From NCBI GenBank assembly GCA_963809895.1, contig CAWELD010000010.1, forward strand, positions 896,001 to 960,000: DNA of 64,000 nucleotides, read 5' to 3'. Numbering within the stretch: the stretch's first letter is position 1; every line of letters begins with the position of its first letter. The notes under the pieces are model-generated. The model was not told the DNA's origin and made no database searches. It saw only the letters and a list, made by a program, of their open reading frames with translations. The stretch is from an uncultured Gemmatimonadales bacterium. Its GTDB lineage: Bacteria > Gemmatimonadota > Gemmatimonadetes > Longimicrobiales > Gaopeijiaceae. Of this stretch, positions 25,324 to 36,332 are shown in pieces. Both the position numbers and the translations under genes were made by a program.

Positions 25324-28223
25324 GAGGGGGTGTCCCTTCCGACCTCCGAGGGGGCGGACGCGGCCATGGCCTGTCGGAGCCCCGTCACGATCTCCTTCCT
25401 GAGGTCGGTCCCCTTCTGGAGAATCCGCTCGACCCCGCCGTTGAGCCGTGCCCGATCGTCTTCGGTGAGATCCTTGGCCGTCATGACCACGACCGGGATG
25501 TCGGCGTCGTCCGGCCGGCGATGAAGCTCGTCCAGGAAGCCGAAGCCATCGAGCTCGGGCATCATCAGGTCCAGCAGGATGAGCGACGGCCGGTCCGTCG
25601 CCACACGCTCGAGGCCCACCAGCCCGTTCTCGGCCTCGGTCACCGTGCACCCGACCTCCTCCAGGGTGCGCCGCACGATGTCTCGGGTCGCGTCGTCGTC
25701 CTCCACCACCAGCACACGGGTGTCGCCGTCCTGGGCGAAGTGGCCGAGCACCGTGATCAGGCGGTCCTTCTCCACCGGCTTGGTCAGGTAGCCCGCGGCG
25801 CCCAGGGCCATTCCCAGCGGCTTCTCGTCCAGGATGCTGAGCATGATGACCGGGATGCCGGACAGGTCCCGTTCCGCCTTGAGGGCTGCCAGCACGGCCC
25901 AGCCGTCCATGCCCGGCATCATCACGTCCAGGGTGATGGCGGCCGGGCGCAGCTCCCTGGCCAGGGCGATGCCCGCCTCACCGTCCGAGGCCGTGGCCAC
26001 CCGGTAGTCGTCGGCCTCCAGGTGCCGTCGCACCAGGTCACGGGTCGCCGGGTCGTCGTCGATCACCAGCACCAGGGGGCCGTCCCCCTCACCGATGTCG
26101 GTCTCGGGGACGCCGCCCTCCCGTACCTCGCGAGGCAGGCGGATCGTGAAGGTCGACCCGACGTTCTCTTCGCTTTCCACCGTGACGTCGCCACCCATCA
26201 TCCGACAGAACTTGCGGGTGATGGTGAGTCCGAGGCCGGTGCCGCCGAACCGGCGCGAGGTGGAGGCATCGGCCTGGGTGAAGGCCTGGAAGAGTCGGGC
26301 GAGCTGCTCGGGCGTCATGCCGATGCCGCTGTCCGAGACCCGGAAGACCAGCATGTCGTCGTCGGCGTCGGCGGACACGTCCACCGAGATGGTCCCGTTG
26401 TCGGTGAACTTGCTGGCGTTGGAGAGCAGGTTGAGCAGGGACTGGCGCAGCCGGGTCTGGTCCGCGTGCATCTCCCCCAGTGACTCTTCGCAGCGGACCT
26501 CCAGCCGGTTGCCGTTCTTGGAAACCAGCGGCGTGACCGTGGTCGCCACTTCTTCCACGAGCTCGGCCACGTCGAAGGTCTCGAGGTAGAGCTCCATCTT
26601 GCCCGCCTCGATCTTCGACAGGTCCAGCACGTCGTTGATGAGCGCCAGCAGGTGCTTGCCCGCCGAGTGGATCTTCTCCAGGTCGGGGATATAGACGTCG
26701 TTGCCGTCGTCCTCCGCCTCTTCGGCCAGCATCTCGCTGTACCCGAGGATGGCGTTGAGGGGCGTGCGCAACTCGTGGCTCATGTTGGCCAGGAACTGCG
26801 ACTTGGACTGGTTGGCCTCCTCGGCCTCGCGGCGCGCCTGCATCAGCTCGGTGATGTCGTGGTAGAGGGCCATCATGCCCACGGGCTCGCCCTCCACCTC
26901 GACGCGCACGGCCAGGATCTCCACGTCCACCAGCGTGCCGTCCTTTCGGCAGCGCTTGGCGATGCCGTGGGCGGTGCGGTGGCGGGCCCGTCGGGTGTAG
27001 GCCACGGCTTCGGCCCGGAGCTCCGGGGTGGTGATGAGGTTGTCCAGGTTCTTGCCCACCACCTCGGCCAGCTCGTAGCCGAACAGCTTCGTGAAGACCG
27101 GATTGGCCGACACGATGTCTTCCTGGAGATTCAGCGTGACGATGGCGACCGGGCTGTTGTGCATCACCGACTCGAAGTACTGCTTCTGGTTGCGGGCCTC
27201 CTGAAAGAGTCGGGCGTTGTGGATGGCGATGGCGGCCTGCTGACCGAAGAGATTGAGGAGCGCCAGATCCTCTTCGGTGAAGTGCTTGTCGGGATCCTCG
27301 TGCCAGACGTTCATGGCGCCCACCGGCCGATCCCCGATGAGAAGCGGCGCCACCACCACCGCGCGTGCGTTGATCTGGGTGTACTGGTCGGAGCGGCCCT
27401 CCCAGGTCTGGTAGTCGTCGATGATCATCATGTCGCCGGTCTTGGCGACGTGGCCCATGGCCCCCTCGCCGTAGGCCAGCGTCGCGCCCCGGGAATCGGC
27501 GGCCATGGCGTAGTTCGACACCACGGTCATGAGACGGGTGTTCTCGTCGTAGCTCGCCAGCTCACCGCCGACGGCGCCCAGCAGGTTCACCGCGCGGCGG
27601 AGCACCGAGTCCAGGAGATCTCGGGGATCGAGCTGCGACGACAGGTCGGCGATGGTCTCCAGCAGCGCCTCACGCTCGTCGGCCCTCTGTCGCTCGGCGC
27701 GCAGCAGGCGAGCCCGTGCGATGGCGATGCCGGCCTGGTTGGCCGCGGCTTGCAGGACCTCGAAGTCCTCTTCGCCGAAGGCGTCGGGCTGCGCGCTCTC
27801 CACGGTGAGCACCCCGATGACCTCGTCGCCGGACTTGAGAGGTACGTCGACCTCGGATCCATGGCCCAGCGTCGCCACGTAGTTGGGCTCGTCCTCCACC
27901 CGGGGGCTGTAGTGGAGCCGGCCGTCCAGGGCGCGCTCGTTGAGTCCCGTGCCCGGCGGAAGCCGCCAACCGGATTTCGCGCTCGTCCAGCCGAAGGTGT
28001 TGGTCAGGACACGGTCGCCGGTGTCCTGATCCACGAGGAAGAGGCCCATGAACTCGTATCCGAGGGCCTCGTCGTGTAGTCCTTCCACCACGCGCTGACA
28101 GATCTGGGCTTCGTCGTGCGCGGCGGAGATCTCGTGGCTGAGACGGATGACGGCGGCCTGGCGGCGGACGAGGGACCCTCGTCCACCCCGGGCGACATCG
28201 CCCTCGGGATCGTGCGACGCCAT
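25320..28223 (-). CDS. GAF-GAF-PAS hybrid histidine kinase with two receiver domains
   Basis: [61 protein letters not shown]. Confidence 0.92.
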   Translation of the reverse strand: MASHDPEGDVARGGRGSLVRRQAAVIRLSHEISAAHDEAQICQRVVEGLHDEALGYEFMGLFLVDQDTGDRVLTNTFGWTSAKSGWRLPPGTGLNERALDGRLHYSPRVEDEPNYVATLGHGSEVDVPLKSGDEVIGVLTVESAQPDAFGEEDFEVLQAAANQAGIAIARARLLRAERQRADEREALLETIADLSSQLDPRDLLDSVLRRAVNLLGAVGGELASYDENTRLMTVVSNYAMAADSRGATLAYGEGAMGHVAKTGDMMIIDDYQTWEGRSDQYTQINARAVVVAPLLIGDRPVGAMNVWHEDPDKHFTEEDLALLNLFGQQAAIAIHNARLFQEARNQKQYFESVMHNSPVAIVTLNLQEDIVSANPVFTKLFGYELAEVVGKNLDNLITTPELRAEAVAYTRRARHRTAHGIAKRCRKDGTLVDVEILAVRVEVEGEPVGMMALYHDITELMQARREAEEANQSKSQFLANMSHELRTPLNAILGYSEMLAEEAEDDGNDVYIPDLEKIHSAGKHLLALINDVLDLSKIEAGKMELYLETFDVAELVEEVATTVTPLVSKNGNRLEVRCEESLGEMHADQTRLRQSLLNLLSNASKFTDNGTISVDVSADADDDMLVFRVSDSGIGMTPEQLARLFQAFTQADASTSRRFGGTGLGLTITRKFCRMMGGDVTVESEENVGSTFTIRLPREVREGGVPETDIGEGDGPLVLVIDDDPATRDLVRRHLEADDYRVATASDGEAGIALARELRPAAITLDVMMPGMDGWAVLAALKAERDLSGIPVIMLSILDEKPLGMALGAAGYLTKPVEKDRLITVLGHFAQDGDTRVLVVEDDDATRDIVRRTLEEVGCTVTEAENGLVGLERVATDRPSLILLDLMMPELDGFGFLDELHRRPDDADIPVVVMTAKDLTEDDRARLNGGVERILQKGTDLRKEIVTGLRQAMAASAPSEVGRDTPS

Positions 28224-28525
28224 AGGGGGGGCTCCGGCGGCGGGGACCGAAACGCTCGGAGGGTCCGAGGCTTCGGGTTGCGAACCTCCAATGTTCCGAG
28301 CGGTGCCCGAGGGTGCAAGGTGCCACTTCAGGACGCGGTGACAGCCCCGTGCGCGTCCGCCACACGGTGGTGGCTGTGAGGATCACCGTCGGCGGATCGT
28401 GATGGGACGTGCCATCCAGGGCCCGCGAAACCGCGAGCGCCCCGATTCCGTCTCTGATGGCAGGGGATGGCGGGCAGGGGGCCAAGAACCGCGGGTCACG
28501 GAAGCGGGAAACGAGAGGGCGACCC

Positions 28526-30964
28526 ATGTCGACGTTGGGGTCTGATCTACGCTACGGCATGCGCATGCTGGTGAAGGCGCCCGGGCCGTCGCTGATCGCG
28601 GTGTTCACCATCGCGCTGGGGGTGGGGCTCACCACCTTCACGTACAGCTCGCTCGACGGCACGGTGCTGCGGGGCCTCGACGTGCCGGGCGCCGACCGGC
28701 TGATGATGGTGGACGAGCGCATCGAGCGTCTCGACATCGAGCAGAACGGCGTTCCCCTGCACGACTTCCTGGATCTGCAGGAGCGACAGAACGTCTTCGA
28801 AGAGGTGGCGGCGTACAACTGGACGTCGCTGAACCTCGCGGGCGACGGGGCCCCGCCGGAACGGGTGGAAGGTGCGGTGGTGTCGGCCAACGCCTTACGT
28901 CTGGTCGGCGTCGAGCCGCTCCTGGGACGTGTCTTCCAGGACGGTGAAGACGCGCCGGGGGCGGCCCCACGCATCGTCCTCTCCTACGATCTCTGGCAGA
29001 ACAGGTTCGTGGGAGACCCGGGGATCCTGGGCCGCACGATCCGCGTGAACGGCGAGGCCACGGAGGTGGTGGGCGTCATGCCCGAGGGATTCCGCTTCCC
29101 CTTCGACCACGTGGCGTGGGTGCCCTACCACTTCGATCCGGCCACCACTGCCCGCCGAGCCGCCTACCTCGAGGTCTTCGGGCGGCGGAAGCCCGGGGTC
29201 AGCGAGGCCACCGTGACCACGTCGCTGGATCGCATCTCCCGGGAAATCGAGGGCGTCTACCCCGAGGACAACCGGGGCGTGCGCCTGTGGGCCGCGCCCT
29301 ACGCGGAGCGCTACATGCCGCCCCAGATCACGGCGGTGATGTTCCTCATGCTGGCCGCGACCTTCGGCGTGCTCCTCATCGCCTGCGCCAACGTGGCCAA
29401 CCTCTTGCTGGCCAGGGCGGCGGGGCGGGGCAGGGAGGTCGCCGTCCGCACCGCGCTGGGAGCGAGCCGAGCCCGGGTCGTGCGCCAGCTTCTTGTGGAG
29501 ACGCTGGTGATGGCCGTGGTGGGCGGCGCGCTGGGGGTGGGGCTGGCATACGTCGGTCTCGCGGTGTTCAACACTGCGCTCGTGGACATCCAGAAGCCGT
29601 ACTGGATCGACTCCCGCCTGGACCTGCCCGCGCTGGCCTTTGCCTTGGGCGCGACCTTGTTGGCGACGTTCGCGTCGGGCCTGTTGCCGGCGCTTCGTGG
29701 GACCGGTCGCGGAATCGGAGGCGCGCTTCGGGACGAGGCCCGCGGATCCTCGTCGCTGCGACTGGGGCGTCTCACCGGCGCCCTCGTGGTGGGAGAGATC
29801 GCGGTGTCGTGCGGCCTTCTCATCGCGGCGGGCCTCATGATCCGGAGCATCGTCAACCTCAAGAACACCGACCTGGGCTTCGACCCGGCTCCCGTGCTCA
29901 CGGGGCAGGTGGTGCTGCAGAGCGCCGACTACGGGACTCCGCAGGAGCGGCAGGCGTTCTTCCAGGCCCTCGAGGAACGTCTGGCGGCAGAGCCCGGGGT
30001 ACAGCGCGCGGCCCTCACCACGGCGCTGCCCGCTCTGGGAGCCCCGCGCTGGTGGGTCCGGATCGACGGACAGCCGTACGCCAGCGACAGCGACGTGCCC
30101 ATGGCGTACGGAAGCGTCGTGACGCCGGGGTTCTTCGAGACCATGAGCATACCCGTGCTCCGGGGCCGCGACTTCACCCCCGCCGACGCGTGGAATCCTT
30201 CCGATCCGGTTGCGGTGGTCAGCGAGAGTTTCGCGCGACGGATCGTGGGTGGAGGCGATCCGTTGGGGGCGCGGGTCCGGATCGGTCGCCTGGAATCGAG
30301 CGATCCGTGGATCCGGATCGTGGGCGTCGTGCCCGACGTGCACGTGGGTGGAGGCGTCGGTGGCCTGGGCGACGATCAGCGCTCGCCCGAGTCCCTGTAC
30401 GTGCCTGCCGGCGTCATGGACGTGTCCTCCTTCACCGCCGCCGTGCGGACCAGCGGAGATCCAGCGGCCCTGGCCCCGCGGATGCGGGCCATCGTGCAGG
30501 GGCTCGACGGCAACCTGCCCGTCTTCAATCTGGCCCCCATGCCCGAGGCCATCGAGAAGGCGACGTGGGCATTCGGGCTGTTCGGCTCCCTCTTCACCCT
30601 GTTCGGAGCCGCGGCGCTCTTCATGGCGGCGGTCGGCCTCTACGGCGTCATGGCGTTCTCTGTGACGCAGCGCCGACGGGAGATCGGGGTGCGCATGGCG
30701 CTCGGCGCGGCGCGGCCACGGATCCTGCGCATGGTGCTGGGCCAGGGCACCCGCCGCCTCGCCCTGGGCGGTGCCCTGGGCCTGCTGCTCGGCTTCGTGC
30801 TGGCCAAGCCACTGAGCTTCGTCACCTACGGCGTGAGCCTCGCAGACCCCTTCCTCTACCTTTTCATCCTGGCCACGCTTGGAGGGGCGGGGCTGCTCGC
30901 GTGCTTCATCCCCGCCCGCTCGGCGACCCGCTCCGATCCTGCCGCGGCGATGCGCGCCGAGTAG
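28526..30964 (+). CDS. ADOP-type duplicated ABC permease
   Basis: DLRYGMRML, LLIACANVANLLLARA, QRRREIGVRMALGA, PARSATRSDP..MRAE. Confidence 0.9.
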   Translation: MSTLGSDLRYGMRMLVKAPGPSLIAVFTIALGVGLTTFTYSSLDGTVLRGLDVPGADRLMMVDERIERLDIEQNGVPLHDFLDLQERQNVFEEVAAYNWTSLNLAGDGAPPERVEGAVVSANALRLVGVEPLLGRVFQDGEDAPGAAPRIVLSYDLWQNRFVGDPGILGRTIRVNGEATEVVGVMPEGFRFPFDHVAWVPYHFDPATTARRAAYLEVFGRRKPGVSEATVTTSLDRISREIEGVYPEDNRGVRLWAAPYAERYMPPQITAVMFLMLAATFGVLLIACANVANLLLARAAGRGREVAVRTALGASRARVVRQLLVETLVMAVVGGALGVGLAYVGLAVFNTALVDIQKPYWIDSRLDLPALAFALGATLLATFASGLLPALRGTGRGIGGALRDEARGSSSLRLGRLTGALVVGEIAVSCGLLIAAGLMIRSIVNLKNTDLGFDPAPVLTGQVVLQSADYGTPQERQAFFQALEERLAAEPGVQRAALTTALPALGAPRWWVRIDGQPYASDSDVPMAYGSVVTPGFFETMSIPVLRGRDFTPADAWNPSDPVAVVSESFARRIVGGGDPLGARVRIGRLESSDPWIRIVGVVPDVHVGGGVGGLGDDQRSPESLYVPAGVMDVSSFTAAVRTSGDPAALAPRMRAIVQGLDGNLPVFNLAPMPEAIEKATWAFGLFGSLFTLFGAAALFMAAVGLYGVMAFSVTQRRREIGVRMALGAARPRILRMVLGQGTRRLALGGALGLLLGFVLAKPLSFVTYGVSLADPFLYLFILATLGGAGLLACFIPARSATRSDPAAAMRAE

Positions 30965-31000
30965 GCGTCGACGGAGGGTGGGACCCCGGGGGGGAGAGGG

Positions 31001-31564
31001 ATGAGTGGCGCCAATCAGATCCTGTTGGGTGTGAGCGCGGTGCTCCTGGCGGGAGCGCTGGGATTGGTGCGACGCGATTACCGTCAGCGGCGGCCACTGA
31101 AAGGAGCCCCGGTGGCCGTGGTATGGGCCGCCTACCTGGTGCACGCGGGCGTCACCGCATGGTTCGCCTGGTCCGCACCCGCCGGGCGACTCGGCTGGCC
31201 CGCGGTCCCGGCGTGGATGCTCGGGGGATTCCTCATCGGTGTCGGGGTGACCTTCGCTGCCGAATCCATCGCCACCTTCCGCTCCTTCGAGCGCATGTCG
31301 GGGCTCGACACGAGCCAGCTCGTGACCGGGGGGATCTACGCTTTCTCGCGTAATCCCCAGAACCTGGGGTGGGCGCTCGCGCTCCTGGGCGTGGCCGTGG
31401 TGGGACGATCTCCGTGGGCGCTGGTCCTCGTCGCTCTCTTCGTGCTGGTGGTGCACGTCTACATCGTGGCGCTGGAGGAGCCGTATCTGGAGGGCGTCTA
31501 CAGCGAAGCGTACCGGCGCTACAGGCAGCGTACGTCTCGGTATCTGGGGATGCCCGGGGGCTAG
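31001..31564 (+). CDS. Isoprenylcysteine carboxylmethyltransferase / PEMT-family membrane methyltransferase
   Basis: LVTGGIYAFSRNPQNLG, EEPYLEGVYSEAYRRYRQRTSRYL. Confidence 0.85.
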   Translation: MSGANQILLGVSAVLLAGALGLVRRDYRQRRPLKGAPVAVVWAAYLVHAGVTAWFAWSAPAGRLGWPAVPAWMLGGFLIGVGVTFAAESIATFRSFERMSGLDTSQLVTGGIYAFSRNPQNLGWALALLGVAVVGRSPWALVLVALFVLVVHVYIVALEEPYLEGVYSEAYRRYRQRTSRYLGMPGG

Positions 31565-31775
31565 GACTGGCCGATCATATCCTTGCTTGGGCGATACACC
31601 CGCCCTCCGCTGAGCCAGTCGGCGACGTCGAAGTCCTCGGGCGCGTCGAACGTCCCCTCTGTTCTTGCGGCTTCCAGGATCCTGTCGACGCGGAAGACGC
31701 GCATGCCCTCCTTTACCGCGCAGTAGCCGACCACGTACCAGGCTCTCTCGGCGTGCGCCACGGCCCCCGGCACCT
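31561..31775 (-). pseudogene. Truncated WYL-domain (YafY/PafC-like) gene remnant
   Basis: AHAERAWYVVGYCAVKEGMRVFRVDRILEA..TFDAPEDFD; no HTH, no N-terminal half of the WYL domain, no WCX. Confidence 0.65.
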
Positions 31776-31890
31776 TCTGGGTGCGCATGTTTCTCACTGA
31801 CCGGTTCCGGCCGCATCCGACCCACCTTGCCATTCCGTTGCCCAAAGCCCGAAGGGATCGTAAGAGCCACAAGGAAGTACCGCCGTCGAC

Positions 31891-31908
31891 ACCCGTAACG
31901 TTACAGGT
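31891..31908 (+). promoter_or_regulatory. Palindromic putative HigA operator
   Basis: ACCCGTAACGTTACAGGT (perfect core GTAACGTTAC) 5 nt upstream of the higB start. Confidence 0.55.
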
Positions 31909-31913
31909 TACAT

Positions 31914-32204
31914 TTGATCGGATCCTTCAGGGATCGGGCGACGAAGGACATCTTCGATGGCCAGAGCACAAAGGCGGCCCGCAGATGCTTGCCACTGCCG
32001 CTTTGGGACAAGGCCGGCATCAAGCTGGACCGCCTCGACGAGGCGGTGACCGTCGGGGAGCTGCGAACGCCGTCGAACCGTCTGGAGAAGCTGTCAGGTG
32101 ATCGCTCCGGCCAGTATTCGATCCGGATCAACCGGCAGTACCGCATCTGTTTTCGGTGGTTCGATGGAGATGCCTGGGACGTCGAGATCACGGACTACCA
32201 CTGA
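31914..32204 (+). CDS. higB: HigB (RelE-superfamily) toxin
   Basis: [53 protein letters not shown] start. Confidence 0.92.
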   Translation: MIGSFRDRATKDIFDGQSTKAARRCLPLPLWDKAGIKLDRLDEAVTVGELRTPSNRLEKLSGDRSGQYSIRINRQYRICFRWFDGDAWDVEITDYH

Positions 32205-32211
32205 GACCAAA

Positions 32212-32520
32212 ATGTCGATTCCGGCAGGACCCAGAGTCCGTCCCCCCAGCCACCCCGGCGCCGCCGTTCGAATCGAGCTCGAAGATCTGGGGCTTTCGAT
32301 TACGGAGGCCGCCAGGAGGCTCAGGGTTTCCCGTCGTACGTTGAGCGAGATCGTGAACGAAGGCCGGGGGATAAGTCCCGAGATGGCCCTTCGGCTCGGG
32401 AGATTCTTCGGCGATGGCCCCGATATCTGGCTGCGCATGCAGATGGCCTGGGACAAGTGGCAGGTCGAGCACGACGCGGAGACCCTCGCGGAGATCGAGA
32501 AGATCGAGCCTGCGGCGTAG
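32212..32520 (+). CDS. higA: HigA antitoxin (XRE HTH)
   Basis: [50 protein letters not shown]. Confidence 0.92.
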   Translation: MSIPAGPRVRPPSHPGAAVRIELEDLGLSITEAARRLRVSRRTLSEIVNEGRGISPEMALRLGRFFGDGPDIWLRMQMAWDKWQVEHDAETLAEIEKIEPAA

Positions 32521-32702
32521 CGGCGTCGAACCCGCGATCGATCTGGTCATCAGGCGAGGGGCAGGCGGCTCGGGAGCGAACAAGTGGACCGAAGGAGTAC
32601 TGTGACCGTAACGCCTCCGTGCTCGCGTTGCGTTGTCCGAGTCCGCACTTTGGATCCCGACCAACGCCCTCGCCAAAACACGCACCATCGGAGGTCGAGG
32701 AG

Positions 32703-35700
32703 ATGTCCATCTGCTGCCGGCCCATCGCGGTCCTCGCCGCGTTCGTTTCACTGCTCGTTCTCGCGCCGTCCCTGCAGGCCCAACGCTTCGGCGGAGGCGG
32801 GACCCAGTTGGATCGGGTCGGGCCCCTGAACTTTCAATACGTGGGCCCGCAGAGTGCGGGGCGCTTCGCCTCGGCGGCGGGGGTGGCGGGCCAGCCCGAC
32901 GTGTTCTACCTGGGCGCGGCCTCGGGCGGCGTGTGGAAGACCAGCGACGGCGGCGAGACGTTCGCGCCGGTCTTCGACGAACAGTCGGTGCAGGCGGTCG
33001 GGGCGCTGGCGGTGTCGCAGTCCGATCCCGACGTGGTGTGGGCGGGCACGGGCGAGGCGTGGGCCATCCGCGACGCCGACATCATGGGCGACGGCGTGTA
33101 TCGGTCCACCGACGGTGGAGCCACCTGGCGCCACATGGGACTGACCGAGACGGGGCGCATCGGGCGCATCGTGATCCATCCCACGAATCCCGACGAGGTC
33201 TTCGTATGCGCCCTGGGGCGGACCACCGGACCGCAGCAGGAGCGGGGGGTCTACCGCACCATGGACGGCGGTGAGACCTGGGAGCGGGTCCTGTTCGTGG
33301 ACGAGGACACGGGTTGTTCGGGGCTCGCCATGGACGCCAACGATCCCGACGTGCTGTACGCGGGCACCTGGGACGTGGTCATGCACACCTGGGTCATGTA
33401 CAGCGGTGGCCCGGGGAGCGGCGTCTACCGGTCCACCGACGGCGGTGACACCTGGGAGCACCTGGAGAACGGCCTCCCGACATCGCCCTACGGCAAGGTC
33501 GACGTGGCGGTGGCCCCCACCAACTCCAACCGGGTGTACGCGCTCATCCAGACCGCGGCCCAGGGCTCCGTGTGGCGCTCCGACGACGCCGGGGCGAACT
33601 GGGAGGTGGTGAGCTGGGACCGGACGCTCATCGGGCGGGCCGGTTACTACATCCGCATCGCGGTGAATCCCGGGAACCAGAACGAGCTACTCATCATGTC
33701 CAGCAGCGCCCACCGATCGCTGGACGGCGGCCGGACGTGGACCACCGACGTGGGCGGGTGCGGAGACTGCCACGACGTGTGGATGGACCCGTACGACCCG
33801 AACCACTGGATCGAGACCGGTGACGGGGGCGCCGGCTCCACCACCGATCACGGCCGGAGCTTTCAGCGGGTGTCGCTGCCCATCGGCCAGATGTATCACG
33901 TGGCCGTGGACGACCGCACGCCCTACTGGATCTACAGCAACCGCCAGGACGACGGCACCATGCGGGGTCCCAGCGACGGGCCGGTCGCCGTGCCGAACGT
34001 GCCTTCCTACGCGCCCTATCGACCGAGCAGGCCGTGGAGGATTCGGAGGGTTCGGCGGCGGTGGCGGATCGGACTGGCAAGGGGGCCTCGGTGGTTGTGA
34101 GTCCGGCTTCACCCTGCCGGTGCACGACAACGCCGACATCATCTGGGCGTCGTGCTACGCCAACACGGTGACCCGTTTCGACGCGGACCTGGGCCGCGCG
34201 CGCTCGGTGAGCCCGTGGATGCACACCCTGGACGCGCCACCGGACGACCTCAAGTACCGCTGCCACTGGACGCCGCCCCTGGCCATCGATCCCTTCGAGC
34301 CCGAGACCGTCTACTACGGCTGCCAGGTCATCTTCCGCACCCGCGACCAGGGCCAGAGCTGGGACGTCATCAGCCCCGACCTCTCCACCCAGGATCCGTC
34401 GCGCATCGTGTTCTCGGGCGACGTGCCGGGCGCCGATCCCCCGGAGGTGCTCGGGGACAACCTGGGCCAGTACTACGGCGAGGTGGTCTTCGCCATCGCG
34501 CCCTCGAAGATCCAGCGCGGGCTCATCTGGGCAGGCACCAACGACGGCCTCATCTGGCTCACCCGCGACGGCGGGGACCACTGGACCAACGTCACCGACA
34601 ACGTGACGGGACTCCCGGAATGGGGAACGGTGCGGCGCATCGAGCCTTCGGTCTTCGATGCGGGCACGGCCTACGTGACGGTGGACTTCCACCTCATGGA
34701 CGACCGCGATCCGTACGTCTACCGCACCAACGACTTCGGTGAGACGTGGACGCGCATCAGCGACGGGCTCCCCCACGGGCACCCCCTGGACTACGCCATG
34801 TCGGTGGCGGAGAACCCCAACCGCCAGGGGATGCTCTTCGCCGGCACCGGGCACGGCTTCTACTACTCCATGGACGACGGCGGCAGCTGGACGCAGCTCC
34901 AGGCCGGGCTGCCCGCGGCTCCGGTGAGCTGGGTCGTGGTGGAGCCCCGCTACCACGACGTGGTGGTGTCCACCTACGGACGCGGCCTGTGGGTGCTCCG
35001 GGACATCACCCGCCTGGAGCAGGCCGATGCCGTGGACGAGAGCGCACCGGCCTTCCTGTACGCACCCCGGGACGCGATCCGCCACGCCCGCAACGGGAGT
35101 GCGGACTTCCTGTACCGGATCAACGGTCCCCAGACCGACGTCCAGCTTCGACATCCTCGACGACGACGGCACGGTCATTCGTACCCTCCGGGCCGATGGT
35201 CGTCCGGGGCTCAATCAGGCGAGCTGGGATCTGCGTTACACGGGTCCCGACCAGATCGCGCTGCGCACGCTGGCGCCCTACAACCCCCACATCTGGGACG
35301 AGCCTCGTTTCCGGGGTGACACCCGGCCCATCATCCACTGGGGCATCGGCCAGCCGCAGCGGGTGGGGCCGCTGGCGGCCCCCGGCGACTACTCGGTGCG
35401 CATGACGGTGGCGGGCCGGAGTTACACGCAGCCGCTGGCCGTCATCAAGGATCCGGACATTCCCTCGCCCACCGAAGACCTGGTGGCCTCCACCGAGGCG
35501 CAGATCCGCATCCGCGAGGGCATGAACCGCGTGGTGGACATGACGAATCGGCTGGAGATCATGCGCCATCAGATCGAGGAGCTGCAGGCCGCCCACGAGG
35601 GCGATGCCGACGTTCTGTCTGCGCTGGACGGGCTCGACGACGCCATGCTGGACGTGGAGCTGCGCTTCCTGACCAGGACCGAGATGAATTCCGACGACAA

Positions 35701-35956
35701 GTGGTACGTGGAGATGTACCGCTTGTACCTGCAGTACGTGTGGCTGTCCGCCGAAGTCGGGACCGGTGGCGGCGACGTGCAGGGTGGCGCCGAGTACCGG
35801 CCCACCGATGCGGCCATGGCGTGGTTGAGGGATCTGGAGGCGGGTACGACCGAGGCCGAGGAAGCGTTCCGAGCGCTTGTGGAGGAGACGGTGCCGGCCT
35901 TCAACGCACGCATGGGCGATCGCCTCCCGGACATCGAGGTGCCGCCGGGGGGATGA
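32703..35956 (+). CDS. Secreted VPS10/BNR(Asp-box)-repeat glycosyl hydrolase-like protein (frameshifts ~34035 and ~35140)
   Basis: Signal peptide; repeated S/T-x-D-G-G-x-T-W Asp boxes; GAASGGVWKT; FlgD-like C-terminal region; three ORF segments join. Confidence 0.85.
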
Positions 35957-36332
35957 ATTTGTGATCACACGACTGAGACCGTTACAAAGACACGGTCGGC
36001 CCTTTCCGCCAGGTCGACCCGCGCCTCGTTCTCGATGGAGCGGATCGGCCGTGCCGGCCTGACCTCGCTCACGAGCTACACGGACGGCTCGGGTCCGGGG
36101 GATTCCAACTCGGCCAAGGCCCGAGCCTCCAGGGCCGCGTGCGCCAGGGCCAGGGTGTCGTAGACCGCTGCGGCGTCGACTCGGGGTCCGCGGCGGCCGT
36201 CTGCGAGGCCCGCACGAGCGCCAGCGTGGGCGTGGAGTCCGCGGGCGGAGCGCTGTCCCCGGGCCGTGGCCGGAGACAGCGCCGCCGCCAGCAGGAGACC
36301 CCGCAGCAGCCGACCTGCCGGGGATCCCCCGA

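Noticed and set aside
28895..31870. 991-aa minus-strand ORF and other long antisense ORFs (e.g. 43069-45216, 23029-24840, 16881-18593, 4177-5916)
   Set aside because: Shadow ORFs opposite well-supported genes, expected in ~70% GC DNA; no recognisable motifs
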